A stretch of 64,000 bases of DNA. Origin: a virus. The position numbers were made by a program, and so were the translations under genes. The notes under the pieces were generated by a model. The model did no database searches. It saw only the letters and a program-made list of their open reading frames with translations, and was not told the DNA's origin. Every line of letters begins with the position of its first letter. Within the stretch, counting starts at the first letter, position 1. Below are positions 38,936-48,669 of this stretch, in pieces. Where the stretch lies: IMG/VR virus record IMGVR_UViG_3300028581_000018, positions 32,001 to 96,000 of that record; one strand, written 5' to 3'.

Positions 38936-39826
38936 TTAACATGGATCACCCACGGCTACGGTGCCACTAGTAATGTACCATGAGTTGTTGCTCGCACATA
39001 CTGCTAGAGTAGCTAATGGGCCTAAAGCTACAGGGCCAATAAATTCGCCACTGCAATCAACATAGTAAACATTACCACCACCACCACCGGCAGTAAATGT
39101 AATATTTCGACAATCATAACAGCACCCTCCAGCATTAATTACAATACCACTAGGAACTGAAATAATAGTTAAGTCATTTACTGAGCAAACAGAAACTGTT
39201 TCATTTACTGGTAATGACGGGAAAGCTTCAGTTGAACCATTACAATCTGTAATGTTAAATACTGTACAGGGAGTAAGAGCTGCATCTGCAGTTGCTGTTA
39301 CACCTGGCACAGGAGGAGGATCAATTACTACACTAGGTGTACTAATATATCCTGTACCCGGAGCTACTAATGTTACAGCTGTAATTGTATTTGCTCCACC
39401 AACAGTAGCGTTAGCTGTTGCACCAAGACCACCTCCACCACTAATTGTAACAGTAGGTGGGTTTAATGGATCATAGTTGGTACCAGCATTAGTAACACTA
39501 AATGTCATAATAGTATATTGACACTCTATGTTATAACCATCACAAGTAGGTACAGGAGTAAATGTTACGGAGAAGGGTACGCGTTTATTCAACGAAACTT
39601 CTGACTCGCAAGTTGGTTGCACGTACCCTTCAAATGTTACAGTGTCACACGTTTCATTATCAACAGTTGTAACAATATTTGCGTTGCAAGATGCTCCTCC
39701 ACCAGTACAAGTAACTATAGTTGTACAGTCATAGGGTGAAGAAGGACTAGTTCTCCAACATACGCGGTGATTACCAGCGAAGTTGGAGTTGAAAGTTACT
39801 GTAATCGTAGCTGGAATTGCTGCCAT
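38936..39826 (-). CDS. Cys-rich tail fibre/accessory structural protein with G-x-G-Y beta-sandwich module
   Basis: 296 aa, Thr/Cys/Gly rich. VTNAGTNY...PTVTISGGGG.GATANA...PGTGYISTPSV repeat. Confidence 0.6.
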   Translation of the reverse strand: MAAIPATITVTFNSNFAGNHRVCWRTSPSSPYDCTTIVTCTGGGASCNANIVTTVDNETCDTVTFEGYVQPTCESEVSLNKRVPFSVTFTPVPTCDGYNIECQYTIMTFSVTNAGTNYDPLNPPTVTISGGGGLGATANATVGGANTITAVTLVAPGTGYISTPSVVIDPPPVPGVTATADAALTPCTVFNITDCNGSTEAFPSLPVNETVSVCSVNDLTIISVPSGIVINAGGCCYDCRNITFTAGGGGGNVYYVDCSGEFIGPVALGPLATLAVCASNNSWYITSGTVAVGDPC

Positions 39827-39829
39827 GAA

Positions 39830-40372
39830 TTATGAATTTAGTGTTCTAACTTTAATTGTTACAGAGTTACAAGGGCCACCAGATGCACATGCTGTACTAA
39901 CACGAATATAGTATTCTGTATTAGGTGTTAGACCAATTAGTGTATCTGTTAGTAGAGTAGTTGCAACATTAGGTTGTGTATACGGCCCCGCAAAACTAGT
40001 AGCTACAGATAACTGATAGTTTACAGCTGTAGGATTAGCTGTCCAGCTAATAGTTATTGCACTAGTAGTAACTGTACCTACAGATAAACCAGTAGTAGCT
40101 AAACAGGTACCAGTAGGATCAACGCAACCATCAATTTGATCAAGAATATACTTCTCAAGAATATTACAGAGAGTATCTCCAGTTTCAATAATAAACGGAT
40201 CAAGATCTACAATTGTAGGCCCATTATACACAACACAACACATGTTGTAAAACTCTGAGCAAATCTCAGGAGTAGGACAACCCACACCGCTTGGACAAGC
40301 AGGTGGGGTTGTCAGATATGAATCGCAAGTACATGTTGTCTTGCTGCAGGAACAATTTGTGCAGTAGCTCAT
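39830..40372 (-). CDS. Cys-rich tail accessory protein with fibronectin type III domain
   Basis: 180 aa. ITISWT...YQLSV...LIGLTPNTEYYIRVST FN3 signature. CCVVYNGP...TGDTL motif shared with the 498-aa neighbour. Confidence 0.7.
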   Translation of the reverse strand: MSYCTNCSCSKTTCTCDSYLTTPPACPSGVGCPTPEICSEFYNMCCVVYNGPTIVDLDPFIIETGDTLCNILEKYILDQIDGCVDPTGTCLATTGLSVGTVTTSAITISWTANPTAVNYQLSVATSFAGPYTQPNVATTLLTDTLIGLTPNTEYYIRVSTACASGGPCNSVTIKVRTLNS

Positions 40373-40373
40373 C

Positions 40374-41870
40374 TTAGTATGTTAAAATTACAGTTACAGT
40401 GTCAGGAGCTTCACATAGATCTGATAGGGTGCTGGTTACATTATAAGAACACTCTTGTTCTTCAGAACCAACAACAATACGCAGACGCACGCGATATGTA
40501 GTAGAACTTGTCAATCCACTAAATGTTCCAGTATAAACTGCAGGTGATGCACCAGCAGCTTGTACATATGTACTAATTAGTGAACCAGGTGAACCACCAT
40601 CCCACAACTCTACATTGTAAGTAGCTGTGCCACCGGGATGGCTAAAGCTCCATGCAACTGTAGATGCAGTAGGAGTAAGTGTTACAACAGGACAAGGAAT
40701 CGTATTATTCACAGTATCACTTAGAACCTGGAAGCAAGTTTGACCAATTGACGTGTTATTAAAACAAGTCGTAGAAGTAATCGTGAAATCCAACAATGGA
40801 TTCAACGGTGTACTACCAATGGTTATACCAAAATAGGTACTGTTGATTAGTGAAGGAATACTAAGAATGGCATTGTAGAGATTTCCTGCTGTGTCCAAGA
40901 TTGTAAATGTGCTAGAACCAGCGCATTCTACAAAACCAGCAGGGATTGTGCCAGTAAAGTACAAGCGAAGTTCTCCACTTACAACCAGAGCTTGAAGAAC
41001 AATTTGTAGATCTTCACAACCATCTGGACAACAGTTTACTTTAATGTTTTGAACAGCAGCACGCAAATCACAAACTGTTAGCCACATATTTGTAACTGAA
41101 TCAGATAAATTTGTTACTGTGTTTACCCATCCTGGTAAAGATGACATATTACCTAAACCAGGAGCTAACGCCGGGCTGTTATTTAGATTAGGGCATTGTA
41201 CTGCAATAGCTGAAAAGATATCTGCAGGTAAACCTGTAGATGTTCTTAGCTGACAAAACTGAGTTTCTAATGCCTCTAAAATAATATCAATTGTAGTTGG
41301 TACAGGAGGTGTAATTACACAATCAGGTGTAAAGCTAGGCAATGTAAATGTTGGTGCCGGGGTATTTTCTAATACAGTAACACGGATATCTAGTTGCTGA
41401 ATAGCTAACTGGATCTGAGTAATATCACTAACAATATCACAAACACGGTTACCAATTAAGTTTACATAATCAGTAATAGACAAAAACCTTACCTCATCAC
41501 CTAAGTTGTTTATATAGTAAAAACACTCAGAAATAGGTACAACGCAATTATCTGGGCAACCTCCACCTGTGCTAGCAATCCCCGGTGTTACACCAGCTTG
41601 TTGTTCGCAAATCTTTTGAATAAGGATATTGATTAAATCCTTAAAGTTTTCAGGAGTTGGACAACCTAAATTTAAACATGTAAGATCATAGTTTTGCAGA
41701 TCAAACATGTCAATTAATTTACACAACTCTGTAGCTAGTTTATAGACTACATCAGTAATGGTATCACCACTGCATAAGTTAATGCATGGGATATCTGAGC
41801 CTTGCCACACTACACAGTTTGAAGAAACTGGTGTGCAACCTCCATGTTTTTGTTTGTTAACTGGTACCAT
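40374..41870 (-). CDS. Cys-rich tail fibre protein with coiled coil and C-terminal FN3 domain (start probably MVPVNK at 41870)
   Basis: NCVVWQG...SGDTITDVV N-domain, heptad ITQIQLAIQQLDIRVTVLE and C-terminal FSGLTSSTTYRVRL. The 41870 start avoids overlap and follows the TATATTA motif. Confidence 0.7.
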   Translation of the reverse strand: MVPVNKQKHGGCTPVSSNCVVWQGSDIPCINLCSGDTITDVVYKLATELCKLIDMFDLQNYDLTCLNLGCPTPENFKDLINILIQKICEQQAGVTPGIASTGGGCPDNCVVPISECFYYINNLGDEVRFLSITDYVNLIGNRVCDIVSDITQIQLAIQQLDIRVTVLENTPAPTFTLPSFTPDCVITPPVPTTIDIILEALETQFCQLRTSTGLPADIFSAIAVQCPNLNNSPALAPGLGNMSSLPGWVNTVTNLSDSVTNMWLTVCDLRAAVQNIKVNCCPDGCEDLQIVLQALVVSGELRLYFTGTIPAGFVECAGSSTFTILDTAGNLYNAILSIPSLINSTYFGITIGSTPLNPLLDFTITSTTCFNNTSIGQTCFQVLSDTVNNTIPCPVVTLTPTASTVAWSFSHPGGTATYNVELWDGGSPGSLISTYVQAAGASPAVYTGTFSGLTSSTTYRVRLRIVVGSEEQECSYNVTSTLSDLCEAPDTVTVILTY

Positions 41871-41876
41871 CTTATT

Positions 41877-41886
41877 TAATATACAA
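41877..41886 (-). promoter_or_regulatory. Candidate phage late promoter motif (TTGTATATTA)
   Basis: Upstream of ATG 41870. Same 10-mer at 48824-48833 and 63676-63685. Confidence 0.55.
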
Positions 41887-41899
41887 TTTTTTAGCCGAT

Positions 41900-43603
41900 T
41901 TAACAACCCGAGCAACTACTACATCCTGATGTACAGTTACCTGTACAACTTGATGTGCACCCACAGTTTGAAGTATTTGTTCCACAATTAATGTTGTCTG
42001 TAAGTTGAAGCATTAAAAGCTTTTCTTTAGCAAGAAAAGATTCAAGTAAATCATACTCACAACATATATTAATACCATAGCGCCTACTTAACATGTCAGA
42101 ATAATACGCTTCAGCAAATGCACAGTTTACAAGAATTTCTCTTTCTTCAGTACATACTATTGGTATATATCCAGGTTCTATGTAAAACTTAGTTTGTTTA
42201 ACTGGTTTTGGTAAACATAGATCACAGCGGCTAAAGGACGCAGTTTTTGTAGTTGCTTGGATACAATCACAGCCATCTTGACTACCTGCAGATACTGTCC
42301 AACATTTATTATTGCCTTGTATTTGAATTACATTACCAATTTCAACAGTAAGATCTTCATTAGTGTAAATGATATCTGTTGGATCCTCACAGTTTATAAG
42401 AATAAAACAAGGTATAATACATGCATCACAATCTTGAATTACATTAAATGTAAATGGTGATGGTGTAATAATTACAGGATCACAAGACCCATCAATAATT
42501 GTGTAACAACCTTTTATACTCTCTGGTTGAGAAACATAAATGCTTGTACCAATAAAACTTGTTAAGTCTTGACTAATGCTAATTGTTGACCCATCTGCAC
42601 AAGATTCTAAAACTGTACACGTTGCAGAAGATGTTTCTTCAGTCCATACTGCTCTAGGTAGATAGTAAGGATTATCAGATTGTGTCAATGTCACCATTGA
42701 ATCTGCTGTAGAATGCACTGGGCCACCTATACCTGCGCCAGTACCAGTTACATATCCGTCATCAGCATTGTACATGTGTGCACCATAATGCCATTCACCT
42801 TGTGCAGATGCTGCATTTTGTGTAGTCCAGGTTGCTCCAGCATTAACTGTTTTTAATCTTAATCCAGCAGTGCCTGTAACCCATAAAACATTATCGTTAA
42901 TCCAAGTAAGATGTAGAAGATTATTAGATATATCTCCTCCAACTGTATATTCAGCAGTAAAAACGGCACCTGCATTTGTACTACGCCAAATATTAAATGC
43001 AGTAACTGCAATTATAGTTTGCTGATCCTGACTAATATGAATACCAACAATAGGATCCTTGATTGCTATTGATCCTGGTAAAGCACCCCAGTTCGCACCA
43101 GCATCTAATGTATAGTAAACCTCACCATTTACTCCACCTACTACACCAATATTAGGTGTAATAAAATGTATAGAATATAAATCAACAGGATTAGAACCGC
43201 TGTCAAGAACTTGTCCAGTAGCAAGATTAAAAGTGTTTCCTTGGTCTGTAGATATTGCTACTCTACCGTTATCACCAGCGACAACAATATTTGCTGTGTC
43301 TATGCACCATACTTCACGCCATGAAAAACCTGTATTCCATATAGACTGGTAATTACCAGAAGGGGTTGCCCATGTAACACCTGCGTTGTTAGTAACAAGT
43401 ATACCCTTATTATTGACTAATACACTACCTACCCTACCAACAATAATAGCTGAGTCAGCTACACTAGGTCTAGACATAACATCTAGAATTGACTGCATCT
43501 GTAAATTTGGAAACAGTGTACTAGTCAAATCTACCCAGGGAAGGGTATGATTATCTAACCTTTTTACAAGGCTATTATCACCAACAACATATGTTCTAAA
43601 CAT
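41900..43603 (-). CDS. Tail protein with BNR/YCF48-like beta-propeller and Cys-rich C-terminus
   Basis: 567 aa. Repeated T-x-N/D-x-G-x-T/N-W/F Asp-box-like motifs (TNNAGVTW, STDQGNTF, TLDAGANW, STNAGAVF, TVNAGATW). Confidence 0.75.
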   Translation of the reverse strand: MFRTYVVGDNSLVKRLDNHTLPWVDLTSTLFPNLQMQSILDVMSRPSVADSAIIVGRVGSVLVNNKGILVTNNAGVTWATPSGNYQSIWNTGFSWREVWCIDTANIVVAGDNGRVAISTDQGNTFNLATGQVLDSGSNPVDLYSIHFITPNIGVVGGVNGEVYYTLDAGANWGALPGSIAIKDPIVGIHISQDQQTIIAVTAFNIWRSTNAGAVFTAEYTVGGDISNNLLHLTWINDNVLWVTGTAGLRLKTVNAGATWTTQNAASAQGEWHYGAHMYNADDGYVTGTGAGIGGPVHSTADSMVTLTQSDNPYYLPRAVWTEETSSATCTVLESCADGSTISISQDLTSFIGTSIYVSQPESIKGCYTIIDGSCDPVIITPSPFTFNVIQDCDACIIPCFILINCEDPTDIIYTNEDLTVEIGNVIQIQGNNKCWTVSAGSQDGCDCIQATTKTASFSRCDLCLPKPVKQTKFYIEPGYIPIVCTEEREILVNCAFAEAYYSDMLSRRYGINICCEYDLLESFLAKEKLLMLQLTDNINCGTNTSNCGCTSSCTGNCTSGCSSCSGC

Positions 43604-43808
43604 CGCTTAATCTTACACTTACTTTTTGAATAATAGGTTCATCAGTAGATCTTGTAAGGTTTGGTTGAACAAGTTTGTTTCTGTTTTTAAGAGACAACTC
43701 GTACTCATACTTTGCCGCGCAGGTTACACATACAGAGTAACCATCACTCGCGGTTTTCTTTTGACAACCACAACCTAGTTTAGTTCTACAATTTGTACAT
43801 TGTGCCAT
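43596..43808 (-). CDS. Small Cys-rich protein
   Basis: 70 aa with CTNC...CGC...CVTC. Tightly packed in the operon. Confidence 0.65.
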   Translation of the reverse strand: MAQCTNCRTKLGCGCQKKTASDGYSVCVTCAAKYEYELSLKNRNKLVQPNLTRSTDEPIIQKVSVRLSDV

Positions 43809-43828
43809 ATGAATTGGTTTTTAATTGG

Positions 43829-44371
43829 TTAACAGTTTACGCAGTTTATTTTATCTAATAGCTTTACAGCATAGTTGTAAATATCTATCCCGCGCATGGG
43901 CTCGTGGCAATATTCAGTAGCAGCTTTTGCAGCATCTAATAGTGTACGGATATACTGCAGTTGACGTAGTTTGTCTTTTACTTTAACTGTAGGATCACAA
44001 TTTGCAAGATTTAAACTACATAGTGCTCTCTCATATTTTTTGAGAGCTGCTGTAATTCGTAAATGATTATACTCTACATATAACTGATCAGAAGGTGAAA
44101 GACTATACTTAATTATCCATACACCATCTGGTAAGTCAATATATGAACTACCACAACCATTAGTTTGAATACCAAGATCACACGCCGTGATGTTTAAATT
44201 GAAGTTTTCAGTTACACTCAGCTCTTTTGAAAAAGAATATCCCGGTAGTGTAATATGAAGCGTAGGACATGTAATAGGTAAACCTGTAGCATAAACGCTA
44301 GTATCTACTACTTTAAGAATACAACCTGTCATCGTGGTTGGTACATCAAGACTTAAAACGTGATTTGCCAT
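43829..44371 (-). CDS. Putative tail hub/structural protein
   Basis: 180 aa. DLPDGVWIIKYS beta domain plus helical C-terminus. Position in the tail module. Confidence 0.5.
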   Translation of the reverse strand: MANHVLSLDVPTTMTGCILKVVDTSVYATGLPITCPTLHITLPGYSFSKELSVTENFNLNITACDLGIQTNGCGSSYIDLPDGVWIIKYSLSPSDQLYVEYNHLRITAALKKYERALCSLNLANCDPTVKVKDKLRQLQYIRTLLDAAKAATEYCHEPMRGIDIYNYAVKLLDKINCVNC

Positions 44372-44385
44372 ATGCTAAGATATAT

Positions 44386-44425
44386 AAGAAAAGGGAGAGG
44401 AGAGATAAACTCTCACTCTCCCTTT
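44386..44425 (-). terminator. Rho-independent terminator
   Basis: AAAGGGAGAG-GAGAG / CTCTC-A-CTCTCCCTTT inverted repeat directly after the 543-aa gene, with a minus-strand T-rich tail. Confidence 0.75.
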
Positions 44426-44445
44426 AACTTAAGATTCAGAAATAA

Positions 44446-46077
44446 TTAACTAATACTTGGAATATCAATTACTGAAGTGCTGCAAGGTGTACAAGATACA
44501 ACTTCAAGTGTAGGACACTGAGCACAAGCAGTCAACCATGCATCGACAGTTTGTTCAAAACTGGTAGAACGAGCATTCGTGATGATTTCCAACATGTAGC
44601 GATCATTATCAAATACGCCAGAAGGGTTGTTGAAGCGAGGAACGCTGTGCAACAAGTAATAGCGGAAATAACGAGTGCTACGGTTAATCACGTTAAACAC
44701 ATTGTCTCCTTGAGTAATCTCCCGGATACGAATGTCAGTGGCAAAGAAGTTTTGACGATAGCTCTCAGAAAGAATCAAATCGCGCAAAATTGTTTCGCCA
44801 AATCCATTGCCTTGTAAACCTAAACACTCAGTGCGGTTTACGCAGATACCTTCAAACTTACAAGGATCTCCAGTGTAATCTACCATAGAAGCGTAGATCT
44901 GAATTGGCTCAACTTCATAGAAGTCAGACACTTGGAAAGAGCAGTTACCAAAAGTGGTATCTACATAAGCTCCAAACAATACCAAACCAGCACACTCACC
45001 AGTAGTATGACCAGGAGATACATAATTATCCCAAGTACCATAAACTACATCAGTAGGAGCAGCAGTTAAAGCAGTTAGATCAGTTCCAGGAGGGTACAAC
45101 CATTTTGTGCTACCACTTACAGTTTCAGAAATTACCACAGGGTAAATAAAATCACTTAGGTAAGGTACATTACGAGTAATATCCATGATTTGAGAGGCCC
45201 AACCAATCATAACCAAAGTGGAATCTACAGGAGTGGGTGCTAAAGTCCCAGAAGGGCAGCAACCAGTGTAGTAATCCAGAGTGTTATACACTTGGTGGTT
45301 CATAAAACGTAAAGCAGGTGAACCTTTAATGTCAAGACGCAAGTAGTAGGTCTCACCACAAAGGAACTCAAAGCAACACTCACCATCTACACTACTTCCA
45401 TTTACAGAAGTGATGGTTAAGGTAGCATTTGCACCACCGCCAGTAATTGTTACTACATCTCCTACTTTGTAACCATAACCACTATTGTTAATAGCAACAG
45501 CTGTAACTATACCTGCTGCTTGAGTAACATTAACAGTTAAACCATTACCGTCACCTGTAGAAGTAGTTGCTACACCAGTTCCAGTACTATATCCAGTACC
45601 ACCTGTGGTAATAGATACACCAGTAACTGCAGTGTTAAAAGGAGTTTTACCAATGTTTACAATTGCTTGTTGTGGCGTACATGGTGCAACAACATAGAAA
45701 TTCTGAACATATTTGGGATTGATTTCTTTAGACTTGTTGGTCTCTTGGTATCCACCATGAAATTTACCAATCTTGTCATTTTCATAAAATGAAGAACCAG
45801 CAAGGATCAAAGGGCAACATGCACTAGCACCGCTCCATGAAGTATCAGTTCCTACAGATGCATAAGTGTCTTTGTAAAAAAGACCATAAGCAGGAGTTGC
45901 TTTAGGATTAGTAGGCGCAATACTGCGACCAGTTACATATGCACCATTAAGATTTACCATAGGCATACTTACACTGGTGACATAACCTTGATCCAAGCCT
46001 GCAGCTGTTGCTGACTCAACTTGGTTTCCAGCAGTTCCTACGAACACTTTCTGGAATGAATGATTAAAATAAGCCAT
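44446..46077 (-). CDS. Abundant structural protein, probable auxiliary capsid protein, with inserted G-x-G-Y beta module
   Basis: 543 aa. Has its own promoter motif and terminator. 5'-UTR resembles that of MCP. C-terminal YFRYYLLH...F. Internal ITTGGTGY...NSGYGYKVGDVVTI insertion. Confidence 0.55.
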   Translation of the reverse strand: MAYFNHSFQKVFVGTAGNQVESATAAGLDQGYVTSVSMPMVNLNGAYVTGRSIAPTNPKATPAYGLFYKDTYASVGTDTSWSGASACCPLILAGSSFYENDKIGKFHGGYQETNKSKEINPKYVQNFYVVAPCTPQQAIVNIGKTPFNTAVTGVSITTGGTGYSTGTGVATTSTGDGNGLTVNVTQAAGIVTAVAINNSGYGYKVGDVVTITGGGANATLTITSVNGSSVDGECCFEFLCGETYYLRLDIKGSPALRFMNHQVYNTLDYYTGCCPSGTLAPTPVDSTLVMIGWASQIMDITRNVPYLSDFIYPVVISETVSGSTKWLYPPGTDLTALTAAPTDVVYGTWDNYVSPGHTTGECAGLVLFGAYVDTTFGNCSFQVSDFYEVEPIQIYASMVDYTGDPCKFEGICVNRTECLGLQGNGFGETILRDLILSESYRQNFFATDIRIREITQGDNVFNVINRSTRYFRYYLLHSVPRFNNPSGVFDNDRYMLEIITNARSTSFEQTVDAWLTACAQCPTLEVVSCTPCSTSVIDIPSIS

Positions 46078-46109
46078 TGTTTTAGATTAAAAGGGTTATA
46101 AACATATTA

Positions 46110-46120
46110 TAATATAAGAA
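46110..46120 (-). promoter_or_regulatory. Candidate phage late promoter motif (TTCTTATATTA)
   Basis: Intergenic, upstream of the 543-aa structural gene. Confidence 0.5.
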
Positions 46121-46140
46121 AAAGTTTTTCAAATGCAAAA

Positions 46141-46638
46141 TCAGGAAAGAAAAAGTAATTTATATTTGGCTGCATTTATACTGTCTTTAACAGTATCAAG
46201 GCTGTTTACTATTTCTGAGTATGGCATTTTTGCCTGCAGTTTTGTAATTGCTGCATACATGTCTCGTAGATAGTTTACAGCATCTTGTACTAAATCTAGT
46301 TCTCTGGGTGCACTCTCTGTATACTTCAATATCTTTTCTGCGGCGCCTTGATACCCTTCAATTAAACTATCAGCATGATCTGGTAATGCTACATATAAAT
46401 CATTTAATGCTTTATGAACAGCATATGAACCAGGGCCTGTAATTTTTAAGTGTAGTTTATGAAAGCTTGATGCTGCATTCATCATCTCTGTTGCACAGGC
46501 TGCTGTCATTGTGTCTAAAGAGCTGCCACCAACACCTGTATCAGAAGCAGGTACTGGTTTTACAGTTTCTGGTTGCACTTCTGGCCTAGCAATCTTTTTT
46601 GCTGGCTCAGGATTTCTTTTTAAAAGTCTTGATTCCAT
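46141..46638 (-). CDS. Ferritin/Dps-like protein
   Basis: 165 aa. FHKLHL...SYAVHKALNDLY...DSLIEGYQG...YKLLFL four-helix ferritin-like motif. Confidence 0.75.
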   Translation of the reverse strand: MESRLLKRNPEPAKKIARPEVQPETVKPVPASDTGVGGSSLDTMTAACATEMMNAASSFHKLHLKITGPGSYAVHKALNDLYVALPDHADSLIEGYQGAAEKILKYTESAPRELDLVQDAVNYLRDMYAAITKLQAKMPYSEIVNSLDTVKDSINAAKYKLLFLS

Positions 46639-47336
46639 TAGTTATTTTGTTCTACGCGTTGTTGCTCTCGTTGATACTGAGTAAATATTTCCATATCACC
46701 AGCAAGAATTGATGCTGCCTCGTCAATCATGACTTCAACAACATCATCTTTAAATTCACTAGTTACATCTGTTGTTGATGTAATACCTGTATAAGGATCT
46801 ACACAACCCGTAATTTGTATACGCCGGGGTTGACGATAATAGATAAAACTACCTTTTGTAATTTCAAACTCTTCGTTGGTATAAACAAAAAGTTTCCCAT
46901 CACGCAAAGTAGCTACTGTTTCACCCCAATCAAAACTTGGGCGCTTATTGGTGTCTTTTAAAATAATATCAAGGTTACCTTCTTCAACAAGATACACAAC
47001 AAGTTTTTTTATAGGACAACATTCATTTTTGGCATACACACTAATTCTTTTCCATTGAAAATAATCAGCGGGTATAGCACCAAAACTATAGCCATCTTTA
47101 TCTGTAAGAATAATGTTATACTCAGTTAAAAGAATTTGAAGGTCATCAATGCGCCGGTTACTTTGCTCATCACCTTCTTTAAACTGGTTAAAGCCATGGA
47201 GCTGGCGCCGGCACCATTCAACTTGCGCTTTATTAAAAGCCTCAACAATATGCCAACACTCAAGATTATCATAGTCTTGACTATCTAGTTTATTGAGCCG
47301 TTGCTTAATCTTAAGCTGTATGGTTGAATTTAGCAT
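46638..47336 (-). CDS. Tail ring / head-tail adaptor protein
   Basis: 232 aa. RLNKLDS...EAFNKAQ...RIDDLQIL...IPADY...YYRQP...EVMIDEAA pattern of crAss ring proteins. Confidence 0.7.
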   Translation of the reverse strand: MLNSTIQLKIKQRLNKLDSQDYDNLECWHIVEAFNKAQVEWCRRQLHGFNQFKEGDEQSNRRIDDLQILLTEYNIILTDKDGYSFGAIPADYFQWKRISVYAKNECCPIKKLVVYLVEEGNLDIILKDTNKRPSFDWGETVATLRDGKLFVYTNEEFEITKGSFIYYRQPRRIQITGCVDPYTGITSTTDVTSEFKDDVVEVMIDEAASILAGDMEIFTQYQREQQRVEQNN

Positions 47337-47339
47337 TGA

Positions 47340-47585
47340 TTATTTTTTCATCTTACCAAGAGTTTTAGCAAGCCTTGCGCGTTGCGCTGTCTTACCAGAA
47401 CCTTTAGCTTTCTCGTTTAACCATGATTTTTTAATAGTACCTTCAGGAGTAATTGCTCCTGCAGCTTTAGCAGTTGCACGTAAAGAACCTGGTTTTTTAA
47501 TAGCACCTTTAATCCAGCTACCACCAGATTCCATTTTAGTAAGTTTGGTTGGTGTAATAGCACCACCGCATTTTATGCATTTCAT
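47340..47585 (-). CDS. Small basic protein
   Basis: 81 aa, Lys-rich. WIKGAIKKPGSLR...RARLAKTL. Confidence 0.7.
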   Translation of the reverse strand: MKCIKCGGAITPTKLTKMESGGSWIKGAIKKPGSLRATAKAAGAITPEGTIKKSWLNEKAKGSGKTAQRARLAKTLGKMKK

Positions 47586-47595
47586 GGTTGTATTA

Positions 47596-48168
47596 TTAAC
47601 AGTTCCATTTTCTTAAATATTCTTCTGCTTCAGAAGAGTCCTTATTATAATATAGTAAATAAATCCGTGCAAACTCTAATAAAAACGGATCATCTTTAAA
47701 ATGACCTAATCCCATATTACAGTTATTACAAAGCATTCCTCTTACTATGTTTGTAGTATGACAATGATCAACTACGAGTTTTTCTTCAGAGCCACATATA
47801 ACACAACTTTCAGTTTTGATTAATTCTTTTAATTCTTTATCACTAATCATTGATCTATACTGACCTCTTCTTATTTCACTTCTATAATTACCTCTACATG
47901 TTTTACACCAACTATCAAAACCATCTAAAGTTTTTTTGTGTGCTGTAAAATATTCATTTGTTCTTGGTTTTTCTACATTACATTTTTTACATGTTTTGTT
48001 TTCTGAAAAACCTTTTTCTAATTGAAGTTTATTATTATATTCTTTTGAGCAAGTTATACTACAAAAAACAGTGTTGTTCTTTTTTAAAGATCTTTCAATA
48101 TCATACTTACCTCTTATAAAAAAAGTGTTACACTGTGTACAATTATATTTTATTTTCTTTGAAGGCAT
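47596..48168 (-). CDS. Endonuclease VII-family (His-Me finger) homing endonuclease with Zn-finger modules
   Basis: CVICG...LVVDHCHTTNIVRGMLCNNCNMGLGHFKDD EndoVII signature and N-terminal CxxC modules. Confidence 0.9.
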   Translation of the reverse strand: MPSKKIKYNCTQCNTFFIRGKYDIERSLKKNNTVFCSITCSKEYNNKLQLEKGFSENKTCKKCNVEKPRTNEYFTAHKKTLDGFDSWCKTCRGNYRSEIRRGQYRSMISDKELKELIKTESCVICGSEEKLVVDHCHTTNIVRGMLCNNCNMGLGHFKDDPFLLEFARIYLLYYNKDSSEAEEYLRKWNC

Positions 48169-48169
48169 G

Positions 48170-48445
48170 TTAACAATTCCATTTTTTCCTTGCTAATCTT
48201 AATCTACTATTTGGATCTTTAGCTGCTTTTGGAAAATTAGCCATTTGCCCTGCAGATCTAGCACAAAATGATTTACGACGCTTGGCATCTTTACTACCTG
48301 GTTTAAGCTCAGAAGGTTTTTTTGTAACTGCAGTTTGTAACTTACTACCAGGATTTTCCCGGCGATAAGAAGCTACACCTTTAGCATTAAGACCACCTTT
48401 TGGATCTTTACCCTCTTTTCTTGTCCAAGCAGCAGTTTTCGCCAT
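48170..48445 (-). CDS. Small basic phage protein (DUF6321-like)
   Basis: 91 aa. EGKDPKGGLNAKG...RRKSFCAR...SRLRLARKKWNC. Confidence 0.75.
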   Translation of the reverse strand: MAKTAAWTRKEGKDPKGGLNAKGVASYRRENPGSKLQTAVTKKPSELKPGSKDAKRRKSFCARSAGQMANFPKAAKDPNSRLRLARKKWNC

Positions 48446-48669
48446 TACTTTTTAAGTTTGCGCACCGGGCTACTTGATGCGGGTTTAGATGCATTCTTTT
48501 GAACAATACTGCTTAATGCAGAAAGCTGTTGTTTAGCAAGAGCTTGTGCGGCTGTTATTCGAGACTTATCAGCCATAATTTCTTTAGCGCGTTGTAGAGT
48601 TGATAGATCAGACTCTGTGCGCCATTTCTTTTCTTCTACAGAAAGATTGATTGCTTTAGACTTAGCCAT
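48445..48669 (-). CDS. Small basic protein
   Basis: 74 aa. KWRTESDLSTLQRAKEIMADKSR. Abuts its neighbours. Confidence 0.7.
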   Translation of the reverse strand: MAKSKAINLSVEEKKWRTESDLSTLQRAKEIMADKSRITAAQALAKQQLSALSSIVQKNASKPASSSPVRKLKK

